DNA of 64,000 nt. It comes from Octopus vulgaris. Lineage: Eukaryota. Positions 13,719 to 27,580 of this stretch are shown here, one piece after another. The first letter of the stretch is position 1. Each line of letters starts with the position of its first letter. The position numbers and the translations under genes were made by a program. The notes under the pieces are model-generated. The model saw only the letters and a list, made by a program, of their open reading frames with translations. It was not told where the DNA came from and ran no database searches. Where the stretch lies: positions 94,674,001 to 94,738,000 of the forward strand of contig OX597824.1 of NCBI GenBank assembly GCA_951406725.2, written 5' to 3'.

Positions 13719-15085
13719 ATATATATATATATATGGAAAAAAGTCAAGATAGAAGATGCTATATCTCAATTATCTACATTAAGTGAAGTGGTTAAGATAT
13801 TCGGCCCACGATCGTAAAGTTGTGAATTCATTTCCAGGCGGCGCGTTGTGTCCAACCCATTCAGCTGGCAAGAATGAGTAATTCCTGTATTTCTAAGGGC
13901 CGGTATTGTCACATCCTGTGTCATGCTGAATCTCTCTTAAGGGTATGCATGTCTGTGGAGTGCTCAGCCACTTTCACATTAATTTCATGAGCTGGCTGTT
14001 CCTGTTCCTTTGAACTGCCAGTACGTATTAAGAATAAAAAGACAAGTCATTGATTTGAAAATCGTTGTTTATCATGAATATGACGATTTATTTACAATGT
14101 GACTTTGGGAAAATACATCAGAAGAACGTCCTGCATACTAAATAAAAACATGACAGGGTTTGAGATGTATGATACAGAAAACTTTGATTAGCTGAAATCC
14201 TTGATGCAACTTGTTGATGAATTTGTGTTTAAAATCTGAAAAGAGAGAGAGAGAGGAGCAATAATTTAGAACTAGAACCCTCCTTGTCCCAACCGACAGA
14301 GTACCAATGTATCTGTATTATCCCTTAAAGTGTATTAAGATTACAATTATTTCTCTGTTTACTGGATGTGTTGACACTTTAGATCCATAGGATAAAACGA
14401 AATAAAAATTCATAATGCTGTTGCTTTTTCTCCACATTGAGAGGTCACAGCTCCAGAACTACACACATGTGATTTGAATGTCGCAGCAAAAAATCACAAG
14501 TCGGGTTCTTCAAGCTGAGGCAATTAGCAGGAGACTGAGACGTAGACCAAGAATGAGATCGTAGGGTGGTATCCATAGTTTCAGTTGGTCGTGCTTGGGA
14601 ATTCAGTCAGTACTTATTCTTTGTAAGCGTAGTATTCATTCTATCGGTCTCTATTGCCGAACCACTAAGTTACAGGGACAGTAGCACACCAACATCGGTT
14701 GTCAAGTGATGGTAAGGGGGAACAAAAAGACTCAAACACAAAAATATGTACACACACACACATATACATATATATATATACACATATACATACATATATA
14801 TATATACACACACATATACACATACGTTTATACATATATATACATATATATATACACACACACACACACATATATATATATACATACCTCCACATATATG
14901 AGTGTGTCTATGTCCCCCATCACTGGCTCAACAGCCAGTGTTGGTGTGTTTACATCCCTGTAAATTAGTGGTTTGGCAAAAGAGACTTCATGTGAAAGGA
15001 AAAAGGACTGGAGTCGATTCGTTCGACTGGAATTCTTCAAGATGGTGCTCCAGCGTGGCTGCAGTCTAAGGACTGAATTAATTGA

Positions 15086-15210
15086 ATGTATGTATGTATG
15101 TGTGTGTGTCTGTGTGTATGTATGTATGTATATGTATGTATGTGTGTGTGTGTGTATGTATGTATGTGTGTGTATATGTGTGTGTGTATATGTATGTATG
15201 TATGTGTGTG

Positions 15211-15243
<33 letters not shown>

Positions 15244-15577
15244 GTGTATATATGTATGTATGTATGTATGTATGCATGTATGTGTGTATGTATGCATGCA
15301 TGTATGTATGTATGTAAGTATGTATGCATGCATGTATGTATGTACGTGTGTATATGTATGTATGTGTGTATGTGTGTGTGTGTATGTATGCATGCACGTA
15401 TGTATGTATGTAAGTATATATGCATGCATGTATGTATGTACGTGTGTATATGTATGTATGTATGCATGTATGTGTGTATGTATGCATGCATGTATGTATG
15501 TATGTAAGTATGTATGCATGCATGTATGTATGTACGTGTGTATGTTTGTATGTATGTATGTATGTATGTATGCATGT
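15086..15577. repeat. Compound (TATG)n/(TG)n microsatellite
   Basis: Directly visible. Confidence 0.97.
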
Positions 15578-15859
15578 GCGTATCTGTGTTGTGTCTCCAC
15601 AGTTTAACTCGTCTCAGTTTATTTACATCCTCGTAACTTAGCGTTTCGACAATAGTGACCGATAGAATAATTACCAGATCGACAAAAAAGAAAGACAAGT
15701 TCTGGGGGAGGGGAACGATTCTTTCGGACTAAACTCTTCGAGACGGTACCCCAGCATGGCCACAGTCCAATGAGTGAAACCAGTAAAAGATACAAAAAAA
15801 AAAAAAAGAAATAAAGAAAGAAATTGTGTTATTTGCAAAGTTTAAGCCAAAACTTCTCC

Positions 15860-16110
15860 AGTTTAAAGCGACGACGTTAACGCGGGAAAAGGCAAAGACA
15901 AGAAGGCGTGTCGGCGACACGTGACTACGAATCATCCAATCAGAACGCACTGTCAGCTACTTTCCTCTCTTCTCCCACCTTCTCACTCATTCTAAAATGA
16001 AGAAATCATTGTATCAACTTGATTCTCATACAAAGCCGAAAGTTTCATAAATTACAGTATTTTCCTTTCCTTCTTCTGTTCCCTTACAAAACATCTTACT
16101 TACTGCGCGA
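15860..16110 (+). promoter_or_regulatory. Candidate promoter and 5' leader of the calmodulin-like gene
   Basis: Non-repetitive, locally CpG-rich stretch with CACGTG (15918-15923) and CCAATCAG (15936-15943), followed by a pyrimidine tract, an ATG and a splice donor. Confidence 0.45.
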
Positions 16111-16136
16111 TGCCATTTTCTTCAGACACGAACGAT
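16110..16136 (+). CDS. Candidate first coding exon of the calmodulin-like gene (MPFSSDTND)
   Basis: gcgATG CCA TTT TCT TCA GAC ACG AAC GAT|GTAAGT: consensus donor in phase 0, which the 31-nt exon at 39834 requires. It lies just downstream of a CCAAT/E-box, CpG-rich unique region. Linkage across a 23.7-kb intron is inferred. Confidence 0.5.
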
Positions 16137-18642
16137 GTAAGTTTCGCATTTTATTATTTTCGTGTTTTCTTTACGTTACAATACAGTGCAAAGGCCCGGG
16201 AAAGGGGCTGACCCCCCGCCCTACCTGACTGTCGCATCAGATGACACAAATCATTATATGTGTATATAATTATATATGTATGTATGTATGTACGTATATA
16301 TGTATGTATGTATATATACTTATATATATATATAAATGATTATATATATATATATATATAAAATGAGTATGTAGGTACGTATATATATGTATGTATGTAT
16401 ATATGTATATAAATAATTATATATGTATATAATTATTTATATATAAAATCATTTATATATATTTGTCTGCCTGCCTGTCTGCCTCTTTCTCTCTCTCTAT
16501 ATATATATATACATAAATACATATTGATCGTCAGTGGATCATATATATATGCATACATATATACATACATACACACATACGTACATACATATATATATTA
16601 TATATATATAAATTATATATATACAAAGAGAGAGACAAATAAATAGATGAATTAGGTAGACACCCAAATATTCTGGGGTCAGTTCGTTACTCATATTCAT
16701 CACGTGTTTATGAAAATTGTGGAGTCACATGAAAGTGGTATATTAGTTAAAACAGAACTATTTAGAAATCAATTAAATACTACTTCTTGGACATAAAAAT
16801 AAGTTTCGGTTAAGTGAAAATAAGTTTTAAAACTCTTTTCGTTTAAATTTGTTCAATTAAAGCCGGCGTTGTTGTGTTTATGTTCTTCTATAAAGTAGCA
16901 GTTCAATAAGGGATCGATGATATAAAATGAGTACCATTTGAATTAAGCATAACTACACAAATGTACAACACCCAGCGTGACTTTATTTCCTCATAACTTT
17001 CAGAAAAATAGATATTTTCTTTTTAGATGGTGTAAATTACAATTAAATGGGAATTTAATGTAAAAAAAAAGAAATTTTGTTTGGCGCAAATACCTTCTGA
17101 TACACATCACATAATTTTTTCCAAAATTTCAAATTTCATTTTCTGGGTATATATGCGATGTGTACGGACCCCCTTTTTTTTCTCTCTCTCTTTTCCACAT
17201 TAAATTCTGACATAATCGCAATCTACACTATCTGAAAAGTATTTGTAGAAAACATTCATTAAAAATTATCTAGTTTTTGAAAGTTATGAGGAAACAAAGT
17301 CTGATTTTAAATGCTTGTAACTTTTTTATTTTGTTATTATTAATTTTGAAAATAATTGAATGAGACTTTCTCCATCGATGTCTAAACTACATTAAAATAG
17401 AAATTTAATTAAAAAAATTCTGGTGAAAATTTGAAATAATTTAAATGGTTGAAAGAATTTTCTCTGATGGATACGATTGTTATAAAACCCTTTAAGACGG
17501 TGCTCCAGTGTGGCCGCAGTCCAAGACTAAAATCGATCTAATTGCATTATATTTTTTTATCGAGTCGATTTTTGTAACATGATATATTTTTTTGTCTGAT
17601 TATCATTTATTTCAATGTTTTCTCCTCCATGTGGATTTTACTATAAGGAAGGGTTTGTAAAAAAGGGCGGCATATATTCGCGCCTTTCTTAATCGCAGGC
17701 AATCGTTAAAAATGCTTTCATATTACAACATCGCAATAGGAATATTTATTAATATTCATTTTGGCTGATGAAATCAAATCTTTAAAGGAAGGTGCATTGA
17801 TTTCATTATAATTCCTTTTTAGTTAAACTCTTCTTCGTGTTCCCAGATCTGTCGAGCTTCTTCCAAATTTTTTTAGTGTCGATGGGGCACAGGGGTTTTT
17901 GCATGGATTTGTGTAGGAAAATCAAATGAGTTTATTACTTCGTTGCTGGTAGTGAATAGATATTAGTATGTATAGTAAATTGTTTTATATGATGGTTGTA
18001 TATAGTCAGGTGTATAGTTCCTATACGAAAGATGAAACTGATTGTTGCAAAACTGCCTATCATAGAGCGGCGTGCGTAGATACATATCTGATGCACAGGT
18101 AGGCGCAGCTTGGCCAAATGGTTAAGTTCGCTTCACAGCCACGAGGTCCCAGGTTCAATCATGATGTGTGTAACTTTTTTTTTCTAGCCTCGGGGGTTGA
18201 GGCTCTACACTTACTTCGCTTTTGAGGGTTGAGTTAACAAATAGAAAACACACCTAACTTCAAAAACAATTGTCCCAGTGCCCGAGCCACGCAAACATAG
18301 ATAAAATAATAAATATATATTTCTTTATTGCCCACAAGGGGCTAAACACAGTGGGGACAAACAAAGGGAATAAGTCGATTACATCGACCTCAGTGCGAAA
18401 CTGGTACTTTATTTATCGACCCCGAAAGGCTGAAAGGCAAAGTCGACAACGGCAGAAAAATAATGAATATAAGACGGTAGAAAATAGATTTCCGTTTAAT
18501 GCCTCTTAAAAGTTTTATGAAACTATCTGAGGCTGTTTTATTTAAAACGTCATTTAGTTAAAACGTAATTTAACTTATTTTTATGAATTCAGATGCTTCT
18601 TCGTTTTCATATTGGGTTGTCAGATAAATTCGTTCATATTTT

Positions 18643-19048
18643 GGATCTTTTCGGTTTGACCGGCAGTTTTTTAAAATAATTTCAACGTAACTAAACACTT
18701 TTAAACTTCGTATACTGGTAGAATGTGTTTATAAAACATCTTTTTCTCTTGGCTTTATTGAGAAAATTCTATGGTTTGTAAGATATTTGTTGTTTGTTTT
18801 CTGCAATTTCAACCAATCAATGACATCTATTGAGGTAAAAAAAAACCATTCTGTGCCGTATGAATATGACCCTCGTTTAAGAAACAGATTGGGTTTATTT
18901 ACATTTGTAAAGAAAAAAAGATACCCTTCCCCTAACTCTAACCCTTAAACAGATTGAAATGCAATAGATCGATACTAGGGTCATAATTATGGGTGACAAT
19001 TTCATATAACACCGCTAGAAAAAACTGCCGTTCAAACCGAAAAGATCC
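18643..19048. mobile_element. MITE with ~29-bp TIRs and 8-bp TSD (possibly Merlin-type)
   Basis: TIRs GGATCTTTTCGGTTTGACCGGCAGTTTTT and AAAAACTGCCGTTCAAACCGAAAAGATCC. Perfect direct repeat CATATTTT at 18635-18642 and 19049-19056. Confidence 0.85.
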
Positions 19049-21327
19049 CATATTTTTCCTGCTTGGCACTCCATTGTCATGTCTGAAAAGAGATTAAAAA
19101 AGAATTATTGAAATTTCAAAAACGATTGGCAAAAGTTGTAGGAGGTAAAATAGAGCAACAACAAAACCATAAAACACAACGATAAAAATATTTTTCGTGT
19201 TAATTCAAACAATATTAGTAAGGATTAAAAATAAATGGAGGAAAAGCCAAATCTATGACAACCCAATTAAGCAGATTACTCCCGTAGCTGTGCGTGTGTG
19301 TGAAGATATATGTGCAACGGATATCATTACCCTTGATTCGGTTTCAACTTCTTGGCTCATGCTGAGGTGTTAATCACCAACAGTAATTAATATGTATATC
19401 ATCTGTACATGACAAAATTCCTCAGCTCTTGGTGTGCGTGCAAAATATAGTACCTTGGTCTTTGTGGATTTAGGTTCAGTTCTACTGTGCGACAACTTGA
19501 GCATGTGACCGAACTTGTTAAAATTCTTCCAAGCATTTGCTCACGCCAGAACTACATTTTCTTTTGGTTGGAAGAAATTTAGCAAGATCCCAAGTGACTT
19601 GTACAATAGCCTTTGGTCGTCCAATGCCTTGTGAGTGAGTTTGGTAGATAGAAACTGTGGAAGACTATCGTGTGTGTATGTATGCGTCCAGGTTTAGTCC
19701 CACTGTGTGGCACCTTGAGCAGGTGTCTTCTACTATAGCCTCGAGCTGACAAAAGCCTTGTGAGTGGATTTGGTAGACGGAAACTGAAAGAAGCCCATCG
19801 TGTATGTGTGTGTAGAGCACAAGTGTGTACGTACGCCGCTATATGTATATATAAATAGAAAAAAATAGAACAGAAATGAAATAGAGGACAATAAAACATT
19901 CGGACAGATAGATGATACAAAGGTAGACAGGAAAAACAACAATTAGAGTGACAGGGAAGAAAATGACAGGTCGTTCGTGGCTTTCTTTCTTCAGTCAAAT
20001 TACCAGATGTCCTTACAGTTTCGGGCAGTTAGACTTGAGATTGTTCGATCTGGTTGCCCCCAAAAAAGTCTAAGCTAAGAGCATTAGATTTTTTGTAAGA
20101 AAGCCAGTGAATTTGTACGGCAACAAAAAGACAAAATGGAAAGCATGGTACACAATTACAAATACAAACAACAAGAATATATATGTATGTATGTGTGTAT
20201 ATATTTATATATATAAAGGTAAATTTCCCAAACAGGTTAAGAGGGATATATATTTTTAACTTTCAACCTGGCTAGTGAGGAATAAAGCCACTTGCTCTCT
20301 GAAATTATGTATATTTATGTGTGTGTGTTTGTACCCCTACCATTGCTTGACAGTCAATACTGGTGTGTTTATGTCCCTGTAACTTACTGGTTCAGCAAAA
20401 GAGACTGGTGGAATAAGCCCTAGGCTTTACAAAGAATAAGTCCTGGGGGTCAATTTCTTCGACTGAAGACCTTTAAGGTGGTGCCCCAGCATGACCGCAG
20501 TCAAATGCCAGAAACAAGTAAAAGAATATACAGGTGTGTGTTTGTGTTCCCGTAACTTAGCGGTTCGGCATTATGAAACTGATGAAATAAACACTAGATT
20601 TGAAAAAATAAAATAAAATAAATACTGATGCTGGTATGTTTATGTCCCCGTAACTTAGCAGTTCGACAAAAGAGACCGATAGAATAAGTACTAGGCTTAC
20701 AAAGAATGTCCTGGGGTTGGTTTGTTTGACTAGGCGGTGCTCCAGCATGGCCGCAGTCAAATGATTGAAACAAGTAAAAGGGTAAAAAAAAGAGAGTACT
20801 GAAGTCAATTTGTTTGACTGGAACCCTGCAATGCGATGCTCCAGCATGGTCGCTGTCCAATGACTGAAACAAGTGAACGATAAGATCAGTATTTCACTAA
20901 TTCCATTCCTGTTATATAAATAATCTTAATGCACCAAAGGCAATTATACAAAACATTGGTGTTACCACCTTCCTTGCCACCGCTTTAGTAAGCTGTGCAT
21001 ATCGCACAATTCCAGCGCAGTATTATCAGCCTCTTGTGTTTACATGTGCACCAAACTTGATAACGGTGTCACACATGTACAGCTAAGCTCAGCCAACTAC
21101 CAGTTATCTTATAATTGTAATGGATACTAAAATCTCTGTGTGTTTTTGTGTATCGGCATGTATGTATGTACATATATGTGAATGTGTGTATGTACACATA
21201 TATGTGATATATATATGTGTGTTTATATATATATATATATATATATATCCTTTAAAATGTTTCAGCCTGAAGGCTGCGGCCATGCTGGGGCACCAGTATC
21301 CAATATATATATATATATGTGTGTGTG

Positions 21328-21660
21328 TGAAGGCGCATGGCTCAGTGGTTAGAGCGTCGAGCTTACGATCGTGAGGTTGTGAGCTCGAATCCTGGACCGG
21401 GCTGCGTGTTGTGTTCTTGAGCAAGGCACTTTATTTCACGTTGCTCCAGTTCACTCAGCTGTAGAAATGAGTTGCGATGTCACAGGTGCCAAGCTGTATC
21501 GACCTTTGTCTTTCCCTTGGATAACACTGGTGGCGTGGAGAGGGGAGGCCGGTATGCATGGGTGACTGCTGGTCTTCCATAAACAACCTTGCCCGGACTT
21601 GTGTCTAGGAGGGTAACTTTTTAGGTGCAGTCCCATGGTCACTCATGACCGAAGGGGGTC
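21328..21660 (+). mobile_element. SINE family C (third tail subfamily), inserted in a TA/TG tract
   Basis: GGCGCATGGCTCAGTGGTTAGAGCG...GCTCGAATCC head, shared core, distinct 3' half. Confidence 0.75.
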
Positions 21661-21662
21661 TA

Positions 21663-21706
<44 letters not shown>

Positions 21707-22184
21707 ACTGAAATCTCAGTGTTTTTGTGTACCAGAATGTATGTATATACATATATGTGAATGTATGTGTGTACATATATATGTGATTATATATATATAT
21801 GTGTGTGTGATATGTAATTGGTAATGGAATTAGCAATGTATATCTTACTTATATATATATTCAGAATAGCAATGTATATCTAACTTAATGTGGATATGAT
21901 GTAAGGAAGGCTCAATACTGCAGTATTCCTGTTGGAGAAAGCATCTCAAAAAGACGTATAATGCTAAAAACCCAAGATGTATTGGCAGCGGGTGGCAAAT
22001 GTCCAGCTTGATCCTTGGATCTTGCAATTCCGCTCTCACCACTGGACACTTCTCTTCTCCCTCTGTATACTTCTGGGCTTATTTTAGCACTCTATGTCTA
22101 TTACTCGTTGCCTTCCCAAGATGAATTCTGTAATTTGCAGCAGGTTTTCTCACAGCACATCCATGTTGATATATACATGTATTG

Positions 22185-22580
22185 CTCTTGCTCTTTGACT
22201 GGTTTCAGTCATTTGGCTGTGGCCATGCTGGAGCACTTCCGTTTTAGTCAAGCAAATCGACCCCGGGACTTATTCTTTGTAAGCTTTAGTACTTATTCTA
22301 TCGGTCTCTTTTGCGGAACCGCTAAGTTACGGGGGACGTAAACACACCAGCATCGGTTGCCAAACGATGTTGGCGGGGACAAACACAGACACACAAACAT
22401 ACACACACACACACACATACGACAGGCTTCCTTCAGTTTCCGTCTGCCAAATCCACTCACAAGGCTTTGGTCGACCTGAGGCTATAGTAGAAGACACTTT
22501 CCCAAGGTGTCACACAGTGGGGACTGAACCCAGAACCATGTGGTTCGTAAGCAAGCTACTTACCACACAGCCACTCCTAC
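22185..22580 (-). mobile_element. SINE family A copy
   Basis: Colinear with 291-696. Confidence 0.85.
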
Positions 22581-25500
22581 GTGATATATATAAAGTAAAC
22601 AGAAGATGGAGAAATATTGTTCAACAATTTACTAAGAGTCAATTATTACTTTTTAATACAATGTAGACTGTATCCCAGTGAAATGGTTCTCTAACCCACT
22701 CCAACTTCTGGCTCCCAGACCTACACTCACCTCCTCCCACCTTTTCTATCTTCTGCTCCTTGTAACTGGCTGGCTTCATGTTACCTCTATCCAAACATTT
22801 CTGATTCGCTTGTTCTCCCTCTTATCATCACCCATACCATGCTTAATCTCTGCTTTATCTACTTTGCCCATTGCTTTTCACTGATAACGTTGACCCTCTG
22901 GTGACCCAACTTTTATTGTAGAAATATGCATTAAAAAGTAATAATTGATGTTAGCCAGTTGTTGTTGACCAATATTTCTCCATTTTCTGTTTGCTTTAAA
23001 TTTGATTCCTGATAGAAAAACTCATGTTCATCTTTGTCAATGCCTGTAACATATGAGCAATAATATGCTTGCACATGTATGCCCAAGGTTAACATAGGTA
23101 ATTATACTGGTAGTAAAACAGATATTTTTATCCCTTAGACGGTTATTCTAACCTTATATATATGTACAAAATAGTGTTTACGTATAATCACAATTTAGGT
23201 TAGTTGAAGCCTTTAGCAATTGAAATATGTGACAAACATATTTTAACTAACCTATATTGTGAATATATATATATGTGTGTGTGTGGAGGCACGTAGCTTA
23301 GTGGTTAGGGTGTCAGCACCATGATCATAGGATTGTGGTTCAATTCCTGGACCGGGCAATGCTTTGTGTTCTTGAGCAAAACACTTCATTTCACGTTGCT
23401 CCAGTCCACTCAGCTGGCAAAAATGAGTAACGCTGCAATGGACTGGCATCCCATCCACTGGGGAGCACATATGCCATAGAAACCGGGAAACCAGGCCCAT
23501 GAGCCTCGCTACGCTTTAAAAGGGAGTGTATGTATCATCATCATTGTTTGACAGGGGTTGGCCACGCAGGAACCAGCACCAAACTTCTGTGTCTGTTTTG
23601 GCATGGTCTCACAGCTGGATGCCCTTCCTAACACTTACCACTCCAAGAGTGTAATGGGTACTTTTACGTACCGCCAGTTTGTTGAACAAAAAATATTAAT
23701 AATAATAGATATACACAAGTGTTTTCAGGAATTAATTGCAAGATTTTGAAATTACAGTTACTGATATTATGTGCTTTAATTAAGAATGGCCTCATGTTTC
23801 GTAAACATCTGGTTTTCCATAACTTATGAATGCCACCTACATAAAATACATCGGTTACGTTAGCGTTAGCATATTCAAAACAGAGAACATTAAAAAGTAA
23901 TTACCTAGTAAAGAAAAACTATTAATGACTAATATTATTCTATCGGGCATTTGATTAAGTAGTTTGCTTCTTAACCATTCTGTTTTGGCTTCAGTCCCAC
24001 TGCTTGGCGCTTTGGGCAAAGCTTATGAGTGAATTTTGGTAGACAGAAACTGCTACAAGAACCTGCACTGCTCCTCTCATAGTTCAATCCCTCGTCCACC
24101 AGCATGAAGCTGCCCAACCCACCAGGGTCTAGTTCTACAAGCTACGCAATGACCTCGGTAGTGGCAGATGGCACATAAAAGGTGCCCGGCTCATGCTGTT
24201 GGAATACAATGCAGTCCTTGGAAACATTAGATTCTGTCAAATTGTCTGACCCACACCGGCAAGGAATATAGTTACATGATAATGATGATGATTGATATCT
24301 ATATATGTGTGTGTGTGTGTGTGTCCATCTCTCCTCCTTCCACGTTGATCTTTCTTTCTTCACTTGACTACTGACTGCCAACACCTCTCATGTCCATCTC
24401 CCACATGGAATGGAAAGTTGCCAAAGAGGTCACAGAATGCGTGACAAAAGAACTTTGACAAAAAAAAAAACAACTAAAAACAGGAGTAATGATAAAGCTA
24501 AAGTGAAGATCAAATATACAGTGTGTGTGTTTAATTGACAAAGATGACCATCCCCAAATGCATCAGTATCTGTTTCAATACATAATCTCACACCAAGAAT
24601 TTTGCAAAACTAATGCATAAATTTAAATATTATCCATTTAGTAATATTGCTTTTTTTTTCTAACCCTTGCTCTGTATCTTTTTTAGACCAATAATATTGA
24701 GTAAATCTCTCCAAGTTCTGAATTATTTAAATAAAACACATGGATAGTGTATTTTGTTAGATATGGGGTTACAAATAAGTCTCGAATTTATTATTCCGAA
24801 CTGAGCACCTTGTGTGAAATCATCATCATCAACATCATTTAATGTTCAGTTTTGTACACTTGGATTTTGTACACATATACACTTGGAATCTGTTGGGGCA
24901 GATTTTCAGGGTGCCCTTCCTGTCACCAACATTCACCAGACATGATTTTTGTAGGAGACTGAAGGCAAGTAACATCACTTGTGAAGTTCTGATGCTCATT
25001 TGAAGCACCTACGCACACGCACACATACATATATATTTGTGTGTGGTATGTATACAATGGGCTTCTTTTAGTTTCCATTTACCAAATACACTCAAAAAGT
25101 TTCATAAACCCAGGGCTATAATAGAAGATACCCTAGGTATCGCACAGTGCTACTGAACTTCATATGTATATATGTATGTATACAAATGGGCTTCTTTTAG
25201 TTTCCATTTACCAAACCCACTCAAGAGATTTTATTAACCCAGGGTTGTAGTAGAAGACAACTGCCTGATGTGCCAATTAGTAGGACTGAGCACATGGGAA
25301 GCAAACTTCTTAATTACACATTGATACCTGCTCTTAAGCGTGGACTAGAAAAGGTGTAGAGCTACTGTTGAGGACTTTAATGCTTCAATGCAGTGGTTCC
25401 CAAAGTGGGCGATACCACCCCGCTGGGGATGGTAGAAAGATCCGGGGAGGGGCGTTGAAGAAAAACGGGATGATAATGGGGTAGCCAAAACGGGTCAATG

Positions 25501-27149
25501 GATATAAAAAAATAAATAAAGCAAAATAAAGGGTTAATAAGGTTAAGTTATATTTGTGGAATATCGTTGTTATGAATTCACTGCAGAAAATGGTTTCTGT
25601 CTGTGATGGTGAGTAAGAGGAAGGGACCAGGAATTTGGGAACTCCTACTTTGAGGTAAAAGAACCATGCTTCGAAATGAATGTAGCACAAGCCAGGAATA
25701 GCAAAGAAGCTTTGCATCTTCCTACATTAAATGTTAATGGGTTCCAATGTACCATTCAAGAACTCTGTAATACAATCCAGAGAAGCAACTGATATGCCAG
25801 ACAGTCGACATATGTAGCTACCTGCTCTATGCTAATGTCTGTCCTCAAACCAGCTTATTTACAATGATCTACGTTCTAATATATTTGATTTAACCTATTA
25901 TTCCCGCTTATAAAAAGCAGCTTGTAATATACTGGTTTCGATGGTTAAAACTACCAGTAGATGTTAAATTTGGGAGTCACAACTATTGTAAATTTGTCTG
26001 ATCAAAGGTGATTTCTTGAATGAAAAAGTATCCTGGTTAATCTTCTGTCTCTACCATATTGAAAATGGTGTGTTACCATAAAAGTATACAAGAGGTGTCT
26101 CTATTTTTCAAGAATACAAATACTGCAATGTAAGCTATGCCAAGTCATCAGTATCCAAACAGCTGCACTTATTTGACTCTTTCCATGATAACACATGGTC
26201 ACAGAAAAAAAAGGTTAACTCGGCACAGACTTAACATGCTGTTTAGATAGGGATGGGCAAGTTTTCGTCAACTGGGGTCTGCATTGTATCATTTCCAAGT
26301 GGGAGAGGGCCAAACGATGAAGCACATGCATGAAATATTACTTGCCCACTTTATACTGAATATTTTTGCAGTTCTTCTTAATTTTATTTGTCTTAGTATG
26401 GAAGTTTATTTCAGTTCTGTATTTAAGAGATGAGGAATTATGCACATTATTTACATTTGATGGCTATTTGTCCTTATGTTGTTTGTTGTTAACACAGTGT
26501 TTCAGCTGATATAGCCTCCAGCCTTCATCGTGTGTCTTGGGCAAAGTTCGAACCTGGGTTCTCATTCCTAAGGTATTTTTCGATGTTGTTATTATTCAGG
26601 TCACTGCCTGGAATCGAACTCAGAATCTTGGGGTTGGTAGCCCGCACTCTTAACCCCAAGATTCCAAGTTCAATTCTAGGCAATAGCAACAACATTGAAA
26701 AATACCTTAGGAATGGGAACCCAGCTGTAAAAATCCTGCCAAAACAGTCACAGAAGTCTGGTGCAGGCTTTGGCCTGCCTGGCTCTTGTGGCACCGTTCC
26801 ACCCATGCTAGCATGGAAGGTGGACATTAAACAACGATGATGATGCTGTGACACTGGAGGCACATACACATGCTCACTCATGCAGAAATATACACAGAGA
26901 AGTGAAGAGAAAAGAGCATTATATATACAAACATGACTAGATGCTCACACACATTAGCGTGGAGAGGAATATTTGGTATCAAATAAGTCAGCCTTGAATT
27001 GGTGACACTGAATTGGAGAGGAGGGCCAAAACAGCCGTACCACGTTCTTGTACTCATGTTCTGTGTTGAGTTTAACATTATGTCGTGCCTTTCAATTGGT
27101 TTATTCTCCATCTAAAAATCCCAAAAATTAAATCAAAATGGAAATTGCA

Positions 27150-27580
27150 GATGTGGCCGATGCCAGTGCTGCTTGACTGGCTCTTGTGCTGGTGGCACAC
27201 AATAAGCATGATTCATGCGTGGGTCATTGCCAGTGCTGCCTGACTAGCTCCCCGTGCCAGTGGCACGTAAAAAGCACCATCTGAACGTAGTCGATGCCAG
27301 GTCCTCCCCCAAAGCTGCCCTGACTGGCTCCTATGCCGGTGGCATGTAAAAAGCACTGTCCGAATGTAGCCAATGACAGTACCGCCTGACTGGCTCCCAT
27401 GCTGGTGGCATGTAAAAAGCACCCACTATACTCTTGGGGTGGTTGGTGTTAGGAAGGGCATCCAGCTGTAGAAACTTTGCAAGATAAGATTGGAGCCTGG
27501 TGCAGCCATCTGGTTTGCCAGTCCTCAGTCAAACCATCCAACCCATGCCAGCAGGGAAAACCGGCATTAAATGATGATGA
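27150..27580 (+). mobile_element. Family D: RTE-type LINE 3' tail or derived SINE, with internal ~60-70 bp tandem subrepeats and (GAT)n tail
   Basis: Repeated ggtggcacgtaaaaagcacc units, then gttaggaagggcatccagctgtagaaac...gatgatgat. Other copies near 4540-4815, 31140-31400, 33590-33812, 35245-35985 (-), 44000-44310 (-), 51390-51730, 54593-54850 and 56280-56665. Confidence 0.7.

Noticed and set aside
14665-15698. Several 100-230 aa ORFs rich in H/T/Y/I or V/C/M/Y
   Set aside because: Stop-free frames of TA/TG/TATG microsatellites.
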